Assembly (NCBI GenBank): GCA_030693235.1
Contig: JAUYBE010000016.1
Span: 35,917 to 99,916, forward strand
Origin: a bacterium
Lineage (GTDB): Bacteria; Patescibacteriota; Minisyncoccia; UBA6257; UBA9933
Direction: 5' to 3'
Length of the DNA: 64,000 nucleotides
Shown here: positions 37,333-47,744 of the stretch, one piece after another
Numbering within the stretch: position 1 is the first letter of the stretch
Layout of the letters: each line of letters opens with the position of its first letter
Notes under the pieces: generated by a model
Databases searched by the model: none
Told to the model about the DNA's origin: nothing
Seen by the model: only the letters and a program-made list of their open reading frames with translations
Made by a program: the position numbers and the translations under genes

Positions 37333-38160
37333 TTACGGCGACCATTTTGACGCTCCGAAGATAATCATTGCCAGAATCAAAAACATCGTGATGTTTCTTA
37401 AAACTATCCGGCGGTTGATGGTGCCGCTTAAATGATGAACGATAAAATCCTCCAAAATCAGCGCGATGAGCAGCATCAAAGAAGCGGCGTTAAAAGAACG
37501 GAACGGCAAAAAACCAATAACCCAAAGGAATTGAAGAGACAAAAAAGCCGAACCGCTGGCCATTAGATTTACTTTTTGATTTCCGAGCGGAGCTGAGATT
37601 GCTTCGGCTCCGCCTCGCAATGACATAAATAAAAATTCTTTAAAAAGAAAGAAGGTCGCCGAAAATGCCGCCGAAGATTTAACCAGAAACCAAAACGGCT
37701 GCTCAAAATTATTAAAACTGAAAAAATAAACAAAAACCGTTAAAAGCAAAAGACTGTTTAAAAGATAATATAATGGTTCACGCCGGATAAAAATCAAATC
37801 CTTGATTCCCAGGAGAAGGAAGAAGAGGAAGGAGAAGAAAATAACAATGACTATTGACCATTGACTATTAACTATTGACAAATTAACGGCTAATAAAGAA
37901 GCGGCGAGAAGCGTTAAAAAAGAGACGAGAAATTGGCGGGTGTTGAAAAAAGAACGGAAATAGAAATAAAAGGAGACAGTCAAGAACACGATGACTATTG
38001 ACCATTGACTATTGACAAGATAAAGAAGAACGGAAAAAACCGTTGCCTTAAGCGCCAATATTAAGAGTAAGCCCTTGGGGGTCTCTAAAACCGATTTTAA
38101 TTTTTTTAACATTTTTAAACTCGCCTTTAATGATTTTATCTGCCAATTGGTCAAGAACAA
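37333..38160 (-). CDS. hypothetical polytopic membrane protein with internal duplication and family-1 half-element
   Basis: [10 protein letters not shown] occurs twice (DNA 37850-37880 and 37990-38030). [10 protein letters not shown] is encoded by half-palindrome 37596-37624. The annotated start overlaps the clpB 3' end, so the start is uncertain. Confidence 0.35.
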   Translation of the reverse strand: MFLTNWQIKSLKASLKMLKKLKSVLETPKGLLLILALKATVFSVLLYLVNSQWSIVIVFLTVSFYFYFRSFFNTRQFLVSFLTLLAASLLAVNLSIVNSQWSIVIVIFFSFLFFLLLGIKDLIFIRREPLYYLLNSLLLLTVFVYFFSFNNFEQPFWFLVKSSAAFSATFFLFKEFLFMSLRGGAEAISAPLGNQKVNLMASGSAFLSLQFLWVIGFLPFRSFNAASLMLLIALILEDFIVHHLSGTINRRIVLRNITMFLILAMIIFGASKWSP

Positions 38161-40762
38161 GTTTTTGAATCAGTCGTTTGACCGGTCGAGCGCCGTATTC
38201 CGGGTCAAAACCGGCCTCAGCCAAATGCTTTTTCAAAGAATTTTCAAAAACCTGCTTAATGTTTTTCTTAGCCAATCTTTCTTTCACCTGCTCCAATTGA
38301 ATCTCCACGATTTTTTCCATTTCTTTCGCCGTTAAAGAATTAAAAATTATAATCTCGTCCAAGCGATTTAAAAATTCCGGCCGGAAAGTTTCTTTAAGTT
38401 CTGACATTACTTTCTCATGAAAAATTTTAGCCTTGTCGCTCGCGCCTTCTTTTTCTTTATCTGTCGGCGATTCGAATCCAATCCGGGAAATTTCTTTAAA
38501 ATATTCACCGCCGACATTGGAAGTCAGAATAATAACGGCGTTTTTAAAATTAACCAGTTTCCCCTTGCCGTCTGTTAAGCGACCGTTATCCAAAATCTGA
38601 AGCAGGATATTAAAAACTTCCGGATGAGCTTTTTCAATTTCATCAAAAAGAATTAAGCTGTAGGGCCTGTGCCGGACAACTTCGGTTAATTGGCCGCCCT
38701 CTTCGTGACCGACATAGCCTGGCGGCGAACCGATTAGCCGGCTGGTTGAATGCCTTTCCATATACTCGCTCATATCAATGCGAACCAGAGCTTTTTCATC
38801 GTTGAACATAAATTCCGCCAAAGCCCGAGCCAGTTCGGTTTTTCCCACGCCGGTCGGCCCCAAAAACATAAAAGAACCGAGGGGTTTGTCTTCTTCGGAT
38901 AACCCGGCGCGGCCTCGGCGCAACGCGTTGGCAACGGCTTTAATCGCCTCTTCTTGCCCAACCACTCGTTCGCTGAGCACTTCTTCTATTTTAGAAAATT
39001 TTTCCATTTCCGATTCAAGCATTTTTGAAACCGGAATGCCGGTCCATCGGGAAATCACCTCGGCAATATCTTCTTCATAAACCGCTTCTTTGATGAACCG
39101 TTCATCTAACTTTTGACTTTTGACTTTTGACTTTTGACTTTCTCCTGTGTATTTTTTTTCAAACGCCTTAAGCTCTCTTTCGGCCTGCGGCAATTCGCCG
39201 TAAACAATTCTCGCCACCCGTTCCAAACTTCCTTCGCGTTCGGCCATCTCGGCTTGATGGCGCAAGTCCTCAATTTTTTTTCGCAGATTATGAAGATGCT
39301 CAAAAGAAATTTTTTCCGCGTGCCACTTGGCGGAAAGTTCGTCGTTCTCTTCTTTTAATTTCGCCAGTTCTTTTTCAATCGCGGACTTACGCTGACTAAA
39401 CGCAGACTCACGCGGACTTTTTCTGCGTAGTTCCGCATCTTGTTCCGCGTAGTTCTGCGTCTCCGAAAGCAGAGCCTGGCGTTCAATTTCCAAACGGGTG
39501 ATTTCCCGACGTAATTTATCAATTTCCATGGGCAGACTTTCTGTTTCCAATCGCCTGGCCGCCGCGGCTTCGTCAATTAAATCAACCGCTTTGTCCGGCA
39601 AAAAACGGTTGCTGATATAGCGGGCCGAAAGATTAACCGCCGCGATTATCGCTTCATCGCTGATTCTGATGCCGTGATGCATTTCATATTTTTCTTTCAA
39701 GCCGCGCAAAATCGCGATTGAATCTTCAATTGAAGGTTCGTCAACCATAATCGGCGCGAACCGGCGTTCCAAAGCCGCGTCTTTTTCAATATAGCGCTGA
39801 TATTCTCTAATAGTGGTGGCGCCGATTGCCCTAAGTTCGCCGCGCGCCAAAGCCGGCTTCAATAAATTGGAAGCGTCAACCGCGCCTTCGGCGGCGCCGG
39901 CGCCGACAATCATATGAATCTCGTCAATAAAAAGAATATATTTGCCGGCGGCCTGCTGAATTTCTTTTATAAAAGCTTTTAATCGGTCTTCAAATTCGCC
40001 GCGGAATTTGGTGCCGGCAATCAAAGAACCCAAGTCAAGCATAATGATTTCCCGATTTTTCAAAGGCTCGGGAACGTCGCCGGAAATAATTCTTTGCGCC
40101 AAACCTTCAACAACGGCTGTTTTGCCGACGCCGGACTCTCCGATTAAAACCGGATTATTTTTGGTTCGGCGGGACAACACCTGAATCAACCGGCGAAGTT
40201 CTTCATTGCGGCCGATTACCGGGTCAAGTTTTCCGGCTCTCGCCTGTTCGGTTAAATTAACGGCGTATTTTTCCAGAACTTGAAATTTTGATTCCGGCAT
40301 TTCATCGGTAATCCGCATTGAACCTCTAAGACCGGCTAAAATTCTTAAAGCTATTTCCCTGCGCAAGCCGAATTCTTCAAGCAAACGGCTTACTTGCGAA
40401 TCAGATTCCAAAATCGCCAAAAGCAAGTGCTCGCAAGAAATGAATTCGTCTTTTTGATTGGTCGCGATTTTCGCCGCCTTGTCCAGCGCCTTCATTAATT
40501 CCTGGGAAAGATAAAGTTGGGCAAGTCCGCCGCCGCCGACAATTTTCGGCCCCTTTTTTAAAATTTCTTCAACGCGCCGGTTTAACGCTTCCAAATTAAC
40601 GCCGGCCTTGAGAAGAAGCGGCCGCACCAAAGAGCTTTCGTCAATTATCAAAGCCGCCAAAAGATGAACAATTTTAAATTCGCCGTGATTTTCTTTGGCC
40701 GCGATTTCCTGGGCGTTTTGCAACGCCTCCTGAGCTTTAATTGTAAAACGATGAAAATTCAT
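38048..40762 (-). CDS. clpB: ClpB disaggregase (AAA+ chaperone, two NBDs) with repeat-encoded insertions in the M-domain region
   Basis: N-domain, GESGVGKT and GPTGVGKT Walker A motifs, 904 aa. Aa ~433-460 ([20 protein letters not shown]) is encoded by family-3 repeat 39381-39462. Aa ~541-551 ([11 protein letters not shown]) is encoded by the (ttttgac)4 array at 39108-39140. Confidence 0.9.
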   Translation of the reverse strand: MNFHRFTIKAQEALQNAQEIAAKENHGEFKIVHLLAALIIDESSLVRPLLLKAGVNLEALNRRVEEILKKGPKIVGGGGLAQLYLSQELMKALDKAAKIATNQKDEFISCEHLLLAILESDSQVSRLLEEFGLRREIALRILAGLRGSMRITDEMPESKFQVLEKYAVNLTEQARAGKLDPVIGRNEELRRLIQVLSRRTKNNPVLIGESGVGKTAVVEGLAQRIISGDVPEPLKNREIIMLDLGSLIAGTKFRGEFEDRLKAFIKEIQQAAGKYILFIDEIHMIVGAGAAEGAVDASNLLKPALARGELRAIGATTIREYQRYIEKDAALERRFAPIMVDEPSIEDSIAILRGLKEKYEMHHGIRISDEAIIAAVNLSARYISNRFLPDKAVDLIDEAAAARRLETESLPMEIDKLRREITRLEIERQALLSETQNYAEQDAELRRKSPRESAFSQRKSAIEKELAKLKEENDELSAKWHAEKISFEHLHNLRKKIEDLRHQAEMAEREGSLERVARIVYGELPQAERELKAFEKKYTGESQKSKVKSQKLDERFIKEAVYEEDIAEVISRWTGIPVSKMLESEMEKFSKIEEVLSERVVGQEEAIKAVANALRRGRAGLSEEDKPLGSFMFLGPTGVGKTELARALAEFMFNDEKALVRIDMSEYMERHSTSRLIGSPPGYVGHEEGGQLTEVVRHRPYSLILFDEIEKAHPEVFNILLQILDNGRLTDGKGKLVNFKNAVIILTSNVGGEYFKEISRIGFESPTDKEKEGASDKAKIFHEKVMSELKETFRPEFLNRLDEIIIFNSLTAKEMEKIVEIQLEQVKERLAKKNIKQVFENSLKKHLAEAGFDPEYGARPVKRLIQKLVLDQLADKIIKGEFKNVKKIKIGFRDPQGLTLNIGA

Positions 40763-40830
40763 AAATCAACGAATAAACGAATTCGCTTATTAATATTCAT
40801 TATATTATAATTATAATTAACAAAATTCAA

Positions 40831-42411
40831 ATGTCAAAACTATACCGTTTTTATGAAATAATTCCCGGCTCTTTGGCTTGGACAACGATTATTTTAATAT
40901 TTCTCCTTTCTTGGCTGGCGCCGGCGCTAACGGCGATTTTTATTATTCTTTTTGACATCTACTGGCTTCTTAAAACAATTTATCTTTCCTTCCATCTCCG
41001 CGCCACCTTTTCAAAAATGAGAGAAAATCTCAAAATTGATTGGTTGGAGAAACTCAAAAAATGTCATTGCGAGCGAAGCGAAGCAATCTCAATAACAAAA
41101 GGATTGCTTCGTCGCTCCGCTCCTCGCAATGACAGTATTGCTTCGGGTAATTCGGGTCGCAATTGGTCGAACGTTTACCACCTCATCATCCTCCCGATGT
41201 ATAAAGAACCGTACGAAGTTGTTAAAGAATCTTTTGAAAGCTTGATTAAAACAAATTATCCGAAAGATAAATTTATCGTGGTTTTGGCGACTGAAGAACA
41301 AGGAGGCGAGCCTGCTCAAGAAACCGCCAAAAAAATCCAGCAAGAATTCGGCAATAAATTTTTTAAATTTTTAATCGCGACTCATCCGGCAAATATAGCC
41401 AACGAGCTTCCGGGCAAAGGATCCAACCAAGCCTGGGCAACTAAAGAGGTGAAAAGATTAATTATTGACCCCTTAAAAATTCCCTATGAAAATATCCTGA
41501 CTTCGGTTTTTGATATTGACACCCAAGTCTTGCCGGATTATTTCAGCCGCCTGACTTATGTTTTTTTAACTTGCGAAAATCCCCAACGCTCCAGCTTCCA
41601 GCCGATTCCTTTTTTCACCAATAATATTTTCCAAGCGCCGGCTTTGGGAAGAGTCATCGCTTTCTCCTGCACTTTTTGGCAAATGATGCAGCAATCCCGT
41701 CCCGAACGCTTAACCACTTTTTCTTCCCATTCGATGCCTTTTAAAGCGCTTGTTGAAATCGGCTTTTGGAATACCGATATCGTTTCAGAAGACTCCCGGA
41801 TTTTTTGGCAATGCTATTTTCATTATAACGCCGACTGGCGGGTTGAACCGCTTTTTTATCCGGTTTCAATGGATGCCAATGTGACGCCGAAATTCTGGCA
41901 AACAATGCTCAATTTATACAAACAACAACGCCGCTGGGGCTGGGGCTGCGAAAATATTCCTTATATGCTGGACGGTTTTAGAAAAAATAAAAAGATCTCT
42001 TTTAGAAAAAAAATTCACTGGGCGTTTAACGCGATTGAAGGATTTCATTCGTGGGCGACCAATGCTTTGATAATTTTCGCTTTGGGCTGGCTGCCTTTAA
42101 TGCTGGGCGGAGCTGATTTTAATTTTACTCTTCTTTCTTATAGCTTGCCTCAAATCACTCACTGGATTATGACTTTGGCGATGTTTGGAATTATCACTTC
42201 GGCGATTTTAAGCGTTATTTTGCTTCCGCCAAAACCCGATTGGTTTAAAAAACGGCATTACTTTTTTTATTTCTTGCAATGGGCATTGATGCCGATTACC
42301 TTGATAATTTTCGGCGCTTTTCCGGGGCTGGAAGCCCAAACCCGCTTAATGCTCGGCGGCAAATTCCGCTTGGGTTTTTGGGTAACGCCGAAACAGAGAC
42401 TTAACTCATAG
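40831..42411 (+). CDS. membrane GT2-family processive glycosyltransferase (QxxRW motif) carrying a family-1 palindromic element in-frame
   Basis: Polytopic. LIILPMYKEPYEV...FIVVLATEE, QQRRWGWG (QxxRW). KCHCERSEAISITKGLLRRSAPRNDSIASG is encoded by element 41063-41147. Confidence 0.55.
   Translation: MSKLYRFYEIIPGSLAWTTIILIFLLSWLAPALTAIFIILFDIYWLLKTIYLSFHLRATFSKMRENLKIDWLEKLKKCHCERSEAISITKGLLRRSAPRNDSIASGNSGRNWSNVYHLIILPMYKEPYEVVKESFESLIKTNYPKDKFIVVLATEEQGGEPAQETAKKIQQEFGNKFFKFLIATHPANIANELPGKGSNQAWATKEVKRLIIDPLKIPYENILTSVFDIDTQVLPDYFSRLTYVFLTCENPQRSSFQPIPFFTNNIFQAPALGRVIAFSCTFWQMMQQSRPERLTTFSSHSMPFKALVEIGFWNTDIVSEDSRIFWQCYFHYNADWRVEPLFYPVSMDANVTPKFWQTMLNLYKQQRRWGWGCENIPYMLDGFRKNKKISFRKKIHWAFNAIEGFHSWATNALIIFALGWLPLMLGGADFNFTLLSYSLPQITHWIMTLAMFGIITSAILSVILLPPKPDWFKKRHYFFYFLQWALMPITLIIFGAFPGLEAQTRLMLGGKFRLGFWVTPKQRLNS
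41063..41147. repeat. palindromic dispersed element, family 1, copy C (simplest full hairpin copy)
   Basis: tgtcattgcgagcgaagcgaagcaatctc - aataacaaaa - ggattgcttcgtcgctccgctcctcgcaatgaca. Confidence 0.75.
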
Positions 42412-42473
42412 TTCATAAGGTTTATAAAGTTATAAAGTTTATAAAGTATAATTTCATAATGATTAAAATGTAT

Positions 42474-42875
42474 TCATTCATAAGATTTTATTTCTTTTTG
42501 CAAATCGTCTAATAGTTTTTGTGTTTTTTCAATCTCCCGCTGTGTTTCTTTTGATTGTTGAACTGAATAAACAACCTTTCCGTTAATAGTCATTTTTTCT
42601 AAATATGTTTTTCCATTTTGATATTTAAATACGACATTCCAACTGCTTCTAAGCATTGCGCTAAAACTATTTTGCGAATCAACACAAGAAACGACTTCGT
42701 ACCTATCATCATTTAGGCGATGAACAATAAAATCTAATGGGGAAAACTTTGCAGTTGATGGAGATTTTAAAGCTTGTTTTACATAATATTGTCCCTGTAT
42801 ATAAATATCAATATCGTCCAGTGTTTGTTGTGTCTGTGTTGAAGGATTGTTTTCATTATTTCCACCAAAAAGCAA
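42474..42875 (-). CDS. hypothetical protein; start unresolved (TTG start, or ATG leader joined via an A8 homopolymer)
   Basis: 133 aa with no recognisable domain. An ATG-initiated TM-like leader (MTTQNTEKPKKEYGVKHLIYGLIIFF) lies upstream in another frame across an A8 run at 42898-42905. Confidence 0.3.
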   Translation of the reverse strand: MLFGGNNENNPSTQTQQTLDDIDIYIQGQYYVKQALKSPSTAKFSPLDFIVHRLNDDRYEVVSCVDSQNSFSAMLRSSWNVVFKYQNGKTYLEKMTINGKVVYSVQQSKETQREIEKTQKLLDDLQKEIKSYE

Positions 42876-43024
42876 ACTACAGAATATTATAAAAGAGAAA
42901 AAAAATAATTAACCCATAAATAAGATGTTTTACTCCATATTCCTTTTTTGGTTTTTCCGTATTTTGTGTTGTCATCGCTTTATATCCAGCAATGGGAAAT
43001 AAAAGCCCGCTGTAAAATAAAAAT

Positions 43025-43369
43025 TTATAAAGTTTTTATAAGTCCGGAAATTAATCGCGAAATTTCTAAGGATAAATTATACATCTCATCAAATTCCTTC
43101 TTTGAAATATAACCTAACTCATCAGCTATATAAAGCATTGACCTGTATTCGCCGCAAGAGCCCTTAGCTATAAAAAGAAAATACCTAAATTCTTTATTTC
43201 CGCCACGTTCAAAACCCTCGGCAATATTATTCATAATCGAAATTACCGCCCTTTGAATTTGATCTCTAAATGAATAATCGCGATTTTTATTAAAATTTTT
43301 ATACGTCCTTAAAACAAGTTCTTTCGCTTTTTGCCAAGAATTTATATCTTCAAATTTCTCTATTTTCAT
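43025..43369 (-). CDS. four-helix-bundle protein (23S rRNA intervening-sequence protein family), second copy
   Basis: INSWQKAKELV, NNIAEGFERG, KGSCGEYRSMLYIA. Confidence 0.7.
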   Translation of the reverse strand: MKIEKFEDINSWQKAKELVLRTYKNFNKNRDYSFRDQIQRAVISIMNNIAEGFERGGNKEFRYFLFIAKGSCGEYRSMLYIADELGYISKKEFDEMYNLSLEISRLISGLIKTL

Positions 43370-43408
43370 AACTTTACAAACTTTATTAACTTTATGAACC
43401 TTTAACTA

Positions 43409-44944
43409 CTATTCCTTTTCCCTCACCCGATATTGAAAAGCTTCGGCTAAATGGTTGGCTTTGACTTTTTCCGATTCTTCTAAATCGGCGATGGTGCGGC
43501 TGATTTTTAGAATCCGGTAATACCCCCGCGCCGAGACAAAAGATTTTTCCAAGATATTTTTCAAAAAATTTTCCGCCGTGGCGTCCAAATCAACCAATTC
43601 ATCCGTTTGCTTTGAACTCATTTCAGAATTGAGGCGTATTTTTGATTTAATCAAACGCCCTTGCTGGATATCGCGGGCTTTCGCTACTTGATTTTTTATT
43701 TTTTCGCTTAATTTTTCGTCGCGATTTTTGTTTCTTAAGTCTTCTATTTTCACCCGCGGCACTTCAATTTGAATATCAATCCTGTCAAGCAAGGGTCCGG
43801 AAATTTTTTTCTGATATCTGAAAACTTCATTGGCGCTGCAACGGCATTCTTTCTCGCTATCGCCGAAATAACCGCAAGGACAAGGATTCATCGCCGCCAC
43901 CAAAGAAAATTTTGCCGGAAACGTCAAAGTGTTTTTAGAACGGGAAACACAAATCCGGCCGCTTTCCAACGGCTGGCGCAATGACTCCAATAAATCGCGC
44001 CGAAATTCCGGCATTTCATCAAGAAATAAAATTCCGTAATGAGCCAGACTGATTTCTCCCGGTTTTGGATTAGTTCCGCCGCCGACAATTGAAACCGGCG
44101 AAGCGCTGTGGTGAGGAGAACGAAAGGGCCGAAAATTCAAAAAATTATTTTCTTTAAGCAAGCCCGCCGCTGAATAAATTTGAGTAATTTCAATGGCTTC
44201 TTCCAGAGACGGCGGTGGAAGAATGGAAATCAGAGCTTGCGCCATCATGGTTTTGCCTGCTCCTGGCGGTCCGGTCATTAACAAATGATGGCCTCCGCTG
44301 GCCGCCACCGTCAAAGCTCTTTTGGCGCTTTCCTGGCCTTTGATTTCAGAGATGTCCGTGAAAGACTGATTTTGCCCCGGCTGAAATTCGGTAATCGGCT
44401 GGACTTTTATCAACTCTCTTTCTTCCAAATGATTGATTAATTCTTCAAGATTGGAAACCGGAATAATTTTCGCGCCTTTGATGACCGCCGCTTCAACGGC
44501 GTTTTGTTTCGGCAGAAATAAAAATTTAAAATTCAATTTCTTGGCCAAGCGGCTGATATTCAAAGCGCCGTTAATCGGTCGGATTATTCCTTCCAAAGAA
44601 AGCTCGCCGACAAAAACTTTATCCCCTGTTTCAAATTCCTTAATCTGTTTGGTCGCCAGCATATAACCGACGGCAATGGCCAAGTCATATTGCGAGCCGG
44701 TTTTTTTAATGTCCGCCGGCGCCAAATTAATGGTAATTTTTCGGTTTTCTTTGGTCGGCGGCTTTATGCCGCTATTTTTCAAAGCCGAACTGACCCGTTC
44801 TTTCGCCTCGTTCAGCGCTTTATCCGCCAAACCGACGATATTAAAAGAATGGAGACCGACATTAATATCGGTCTCCACCTCAATAAGTTTAGCTTCAATG
44901 CCTTCAAGTTCGGCGGAATAAACTTTGGAAAAATTTTTCGCCAT
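43409..44944 (-). CDS. comM: YifB/ComM-family Mg-chelatase-like AAA+ ATPase
   Basis: N-terminal Lon-protease-like ChlI domain, LMTGPPGAGKTM Walker A, C-terminal Mg_chelatase_C. 511 aa. Confidence 0.85.
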   Translation of the reverse strand: MAKNFSKVYSAELEGIEAKLIEVETDINVGLHSFNIVGLADKALNEAKERVSSALKNSGIKPPTKENRKITINLAPADIKKTGSQYDLAIAVGYMLATKQIKEFETGDKVFVGELSLEGIIRPINGALNISRLAKKLNFKFLFLPKQNAVEAAVIKGAKIIPVSNLEELINHLEERELIKVQPITEFQPGQNQSFTDISEIKGQESAKRALTVAASGGHHLLMTGPPGAGKTMMAQALISILPPPSLEEAIEITQIYSAAGLLKENNFLNFRPFRSPHHSASPVSIVGGGTNPKPGEISLAHYGILFLDEMPEFRRDLLESLRQPLESGRICVSRSKNTLTFPAKFSLVAAMNPCPCGYFGDSEKECRCSANEVFRYQKKISGPLLDRIDIQIEVPRVKIEDLRNKNRDEKLSEKIKNQVAKARDIQQGRLIKSKIRLNSEMSSKQTDELVDLDATAENFLKNILEKSFVSARGYYRILKISRTIADLEESEKVKANHLAEAFQYRVREKE

Positions 44945-45213
44945 TACCCGGTTAATTCAACTTCAAAAGGCAAAAATTGCTTAGATACCTCTGAAGATTT
45001 TTATTATTATTGAACATTTTCGACCAATTTATTGATTTCATAGAAATATTTTTGCCTACCCAGTGATTCAATTAATTGAATTTACTGGGCCTAATTTATG
45101 TTCTTCTAATTTTTTTCTTGGATTACTTATGTAGCCGATATAATGTTTATTATCCTTAAAACCTAATAATATATAAACGCAGAAGAACATTATTGAAGTT
45201 GAATTACCGGGCA

Positions 45214-45543
45214 TTATTTTTTCTTTTTACAATTTTTGCACAACTTTGATTCCGGCACCACTTTTAAAACATCCGAAGAAATTTCAGCTCCGCATTTCTC
45301 GCAAACACCGTATTTCCCTTTCTCAATTTTATTTAAAGCTGAATCAACTTTTATCAAACGCTCTTTATAGGTTTGAGCGATTGACAATTGCTTGTCGAAT
45401 TCCGCTGTTTCGCTGGTTTCTTCATCAGAATCAACTTCATCGCCAAAATCCGGCGTCTTATAAAGACTCTTTACTTTCTTTTCAATTTCTTTCTTTATTC
45501 CCGCTAATTGATTTTTAAATTTTGTTAAAATTTTGAATTCCAT
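45214..45543 (-). CDS. DksA/TraR-family C4 zinc-finger protein
   Basis: Coiled-coil N-terminus plus CEKCGAEIS...CKNCKK. Confidence 0.55.
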   Translation of the reverse strand: MEFKILTKFKNQLAGIKKEIEKKVKSLYKTPDFGDEVDSDEETSETAEFDKQLSIAQTYKERLIKVDSALNKIEKGKYGVCEKCGAEISSDVLKVVPESKLCKNCKKKK

Positions 45544-45676
45544 GCCAATGTTGTTAAAATTTACGAGCTCAATGCGAAGTAAATTTTACCACAACATTGA
45601 GCACCCAGCACATAACACTTTATGTGCTGGGCAAAGGTTTGATTATGAAAAATTCTACACCTACTGCTTGAATTTT

Positions 45677-46051
45677 TCAATCAAGCCCTTTAAAAAGCCA
45701 TTGCGAAATGACGAAATATCCCAAAAATCCGAAAGCGGCAATGAACGCCGAAATCCCGATAATTATTCCGGTTATTTTCAATTTATTCGTCTTTTTCCCC
45801 GGCTGTTGTTCCTGTTCCGCGGAAATGACGGCAGGCGAAGAAAAAATCGCTTTTTCCGGACCGGTATAACCGGGGATGTTGATATTCGCTTCGATTTTTG
45901 TTTTTTCAAAACTAACCGGCTGACGAGCGACTATCTCGCCGCCGCCCCGCTCAATATCTTCAATATCCGATTCCAAAGTGCGAATCGTTATTCCGGGTTC
46001 CGGAGGCGCCGATATTATTGACGATTTTTGTTTGTTTAAATTTTCTTCCAT
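45677..46051 (-). CDS. hypothetical tail-anchored membrane protein
   Basis: Single C-terminal TM helix (ITGIIIGISAFIAAFGFLGYFVI). No recognisable domain. Confidence 0.3.
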   Translation of the reverse strand: MEENLNKQKSSIISAPPEPGITIRTLESDIEDIERGGGEIVARQPVSFEKTKIEANINIPGYTGPEKAIFSSPAVISAEQEQQPGKKTNKLKITGIIIGISAFIAAFGFLGYFVISQWLFKGLD

Positions 46052-46389
46052 TATAAAATCTTATTTAAATTTTCTAATAATTCATTGGGACTTAAATTAT
46101 CCAAGTTCTCCATCAAAATCCTAGCCCTCATAGAGGCGCCTTCTAAAACGCTTTTGTTTAAAAATTCCGCAGCTTCTTCGCTATTTATCAGGATTTCAAT
46201 ATTATTCAACCTTTCTTTAAAATTTTTAAGCCAGTCTTCCGCGCTTTCGCTATAATAATTCTTGATTTCCGCCACTTCTGTCCCTATTAATCCTTCTAAT
46301 TCTTCTGCTGAGGAAATTTTTTCCTGTTCATTTTGTTCGGCTTGTTCATCTTGTTCGCTTGGAGAACCAAGCATTTCAATGTTTCCCAT
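46051..46389 (-). CDS. hypothetical acidic helical protein
   Basis: 112 aa, Glu/Gln-rich. No recognisable domain. Confidence 0.3.
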   Translation of the reverse strand: MGNIEMLGSPSEQDEQAEQNEQEKISSAEELEGLIGTEVAEIKNYYSESAEDWLKNFKERLNNIEILINSEEAAEFLNKSVLEGASMRARILMENLDNLSPNELLENLNKIL

Positions 46390-46436
46390 ATATTTTTATT
46401 TTATTATTTTAAAACAAATAAGGCAAGGAATAATAG

Positions 46437-46520
46437 TGCGCGGGAGAGGACTCGAACCTCCACGTCCTTGCGGACACCAGCACCTCAAGCTGGCCTGGCT
46501 ACCGATTACAGCACCCGCGC
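46437..46520 (-). tRNA. tRNA-Leu (anticodon GAG)
   Basis: Reverse complement gcgcggg...ccagc-ttGAGgt-gctgg with a long variable arm (gtccgcaaggac). Acceptor gcgcggg/cccgcgc, discriminator A. Confidence 0.8.
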
Positions 46521-46523
46521 AAT

Positions 46524-46826
46524 TTACGCCGCCACCCCGATTTTCTTGCGAGATTTTTTCTTGGATAATTTTCTCAAAAAATAAATTTTCGCCCGACGAA
46601 CTCTTTTAGGAGAACTCAAAATCTTCACCTTGACGATATTCGGCGAATTAATGGGATAAATTTTTTCGCAGCCGATTTCGTCAATAATCGCGCGAACGGT
46701 AAAAGTCGCGCCAATTTCATTGCCGTGTTTTCGAGCGAGCACTACGCCCTTAAAAGCGCCTAGTTTATCCTGAACTGAAACCACGGCGCCAGATCTTATT
46801 TGTTTTAAAATTTCTTCTGGAATCAT
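46524..46826 (-). CDS. rplS: 50S ribosomal protein L19
   Basis: FKGVVLARKHGNEIGATFTVRAI...IYPINSPNIVKVKIL...RVRRAKIYFLRKL. Confidence 0.8.
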   Translation of the reverse strand: MIPEEILKQIRSGAVVSVQDKLGAFKGVVLARKHGNEIGATFTVRAIIDEIGCEKIYPINSPNIVKVKILSSPKRVRRAKIYFLRKLSKKKSRKKIGVAA

Positions 46827-46859
46827 AAAATCAACGAATAACGAATTAGTACGAATATA

Positions 46860-47645
46860 CTAATCTTTATTTTTGAAGCCGTCAAGAATTCTTTTTAATT
46901 CTTCGGGCAGTTCGGCCGCTATTTTTATTCGTCTACCCGGGGAAATATTAAATTCCAAAGATTCGGCGTGAAGAAACTGGCGCTTTAAGCCGAATGAATT
47001 TTCTTTCGGTCCGTAAAGCGAATCACCGACAATCGGATAACCGATTGAAGCTAAATGAACTCTAATTTGATGGGTCCGACCGGTTTTTGGCATTACTTTC
47101 AGCAAGCTGAAAGTCGCTGACTGACGCGGACTTAACGCCGACAAACGCGGAATTTCAATATATTTAATGACTCTATATTCTGTAATCGCCTCTTTTTCCA
47201 GCCTGCCCTTCCAAACGGTTCTTTTGATAGCGCCTGATTTAATACTGATTGGTTTTTTAATAACGCCGGTTTTCGGTTCAAGTTTTCCCCAAACCAAAGC
47301 CAGATAAGTTTTTTTTATTTGACTGCCTTGTCTCCCTTCGGGAGATCTCCCGTAGGGAGAAAAAAGATTTTTTAAATATTCAAAATATTTCTGATTGCGC
47401 GCGACCAACAATACGCCGGAGGTATCTTTATCTAAACGATGAACAATGCCCGGCCGAGTTTGAGGTTCATCGCCGACATTTTTAACTTCGGGATATTTTT
47501 CCGATAGCCAATCAACTAAGGTAAAATCAGGTTTTAGGTTTTGGGTTTTAGGTTTTAGATTAATTGAGTGGACCAAGATGCCGGCCGGCTTATAAACCGC
47601 CAAGAAATTTTTGTCTTTGTAAATGACGCGGATTTGATTTTGCAT
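46860..47645 (-). CDS. RluA-family 23S rRNA/tRNA pseudouridine synthase with repeat-encoded insertions
   Basis: HRLDKDTSGVLLVARN catalytic-Asp motif. NLKPKTQNLKP is encoded by heptamer array 47520-47560. LSALSPRQSATFS is encoded by family-3 repeat 47111-47152. Confidence 0.8.
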   Translation of the reverse strand: MQNQIRVIYKDKNFLAVYKPAGILVHSINLKPKTQNLKPDFTLVDWLSEKYPEVKNVGDEPQTRPGIVHRLDKDTSGVLLVARNQKYFEYLKNLFSPYGRSPEGRQGSQIKKTYLALVWGKLEPKTGVIKKPISIKSGAIKRTVWKGRLEKEAITEYRVIKYIEIPRLSALSPRQSATFSLLKVMPKTGRTHQIRVHLASIGYPIVGDSLYGPKENSFGLKRQFLHAESLEFNISPGRRIKIAAELPEELKRILDGFKNKD

Positions 47646-47744
47646 TAATAAAATCTTAACAAATTGAAAAATAAAAAGAAGTTGCAGGGTAAACCATGCA
47701 ACTTCTGTTTAGTTTTTGCCTGTGCATCTTTGGCGACAAATTCT

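Noticed and set aside
37840-38030. Internal duplication in the membrane protein gene (tgactattgaccattgactattgaca x2 encoding [10 protein letters not shown])
   Set aside because: It is a real direct repeat, but within a poorly characterised ORF whose start overlaps clpB. It is probably a simple intragenic duplication or slippage, not a separate element, and is noted only in the feature evidence.
38778-39576. Several 60-100 aa ORFs on both strands inside clpB (38778-39080 +, 39106-39303 -, 39134-39358 +, 39355-39576 -)
   Set aside because: They lie entirely inside the strongly supported clpB reading frame and partly within low-complexity repeat DNA. They have no recognisable motifs and are shadow ORFs.
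46262-46609. ORF 46262-46609 (+) and 46333-46584 (+) overlapping tRNA-Leu(GAG) and the rplS 3' end
   Set aside because: They overlap a well-folded tRNA gene and a conserved ribosomal protein gene on the opposite strand. They are spurious.
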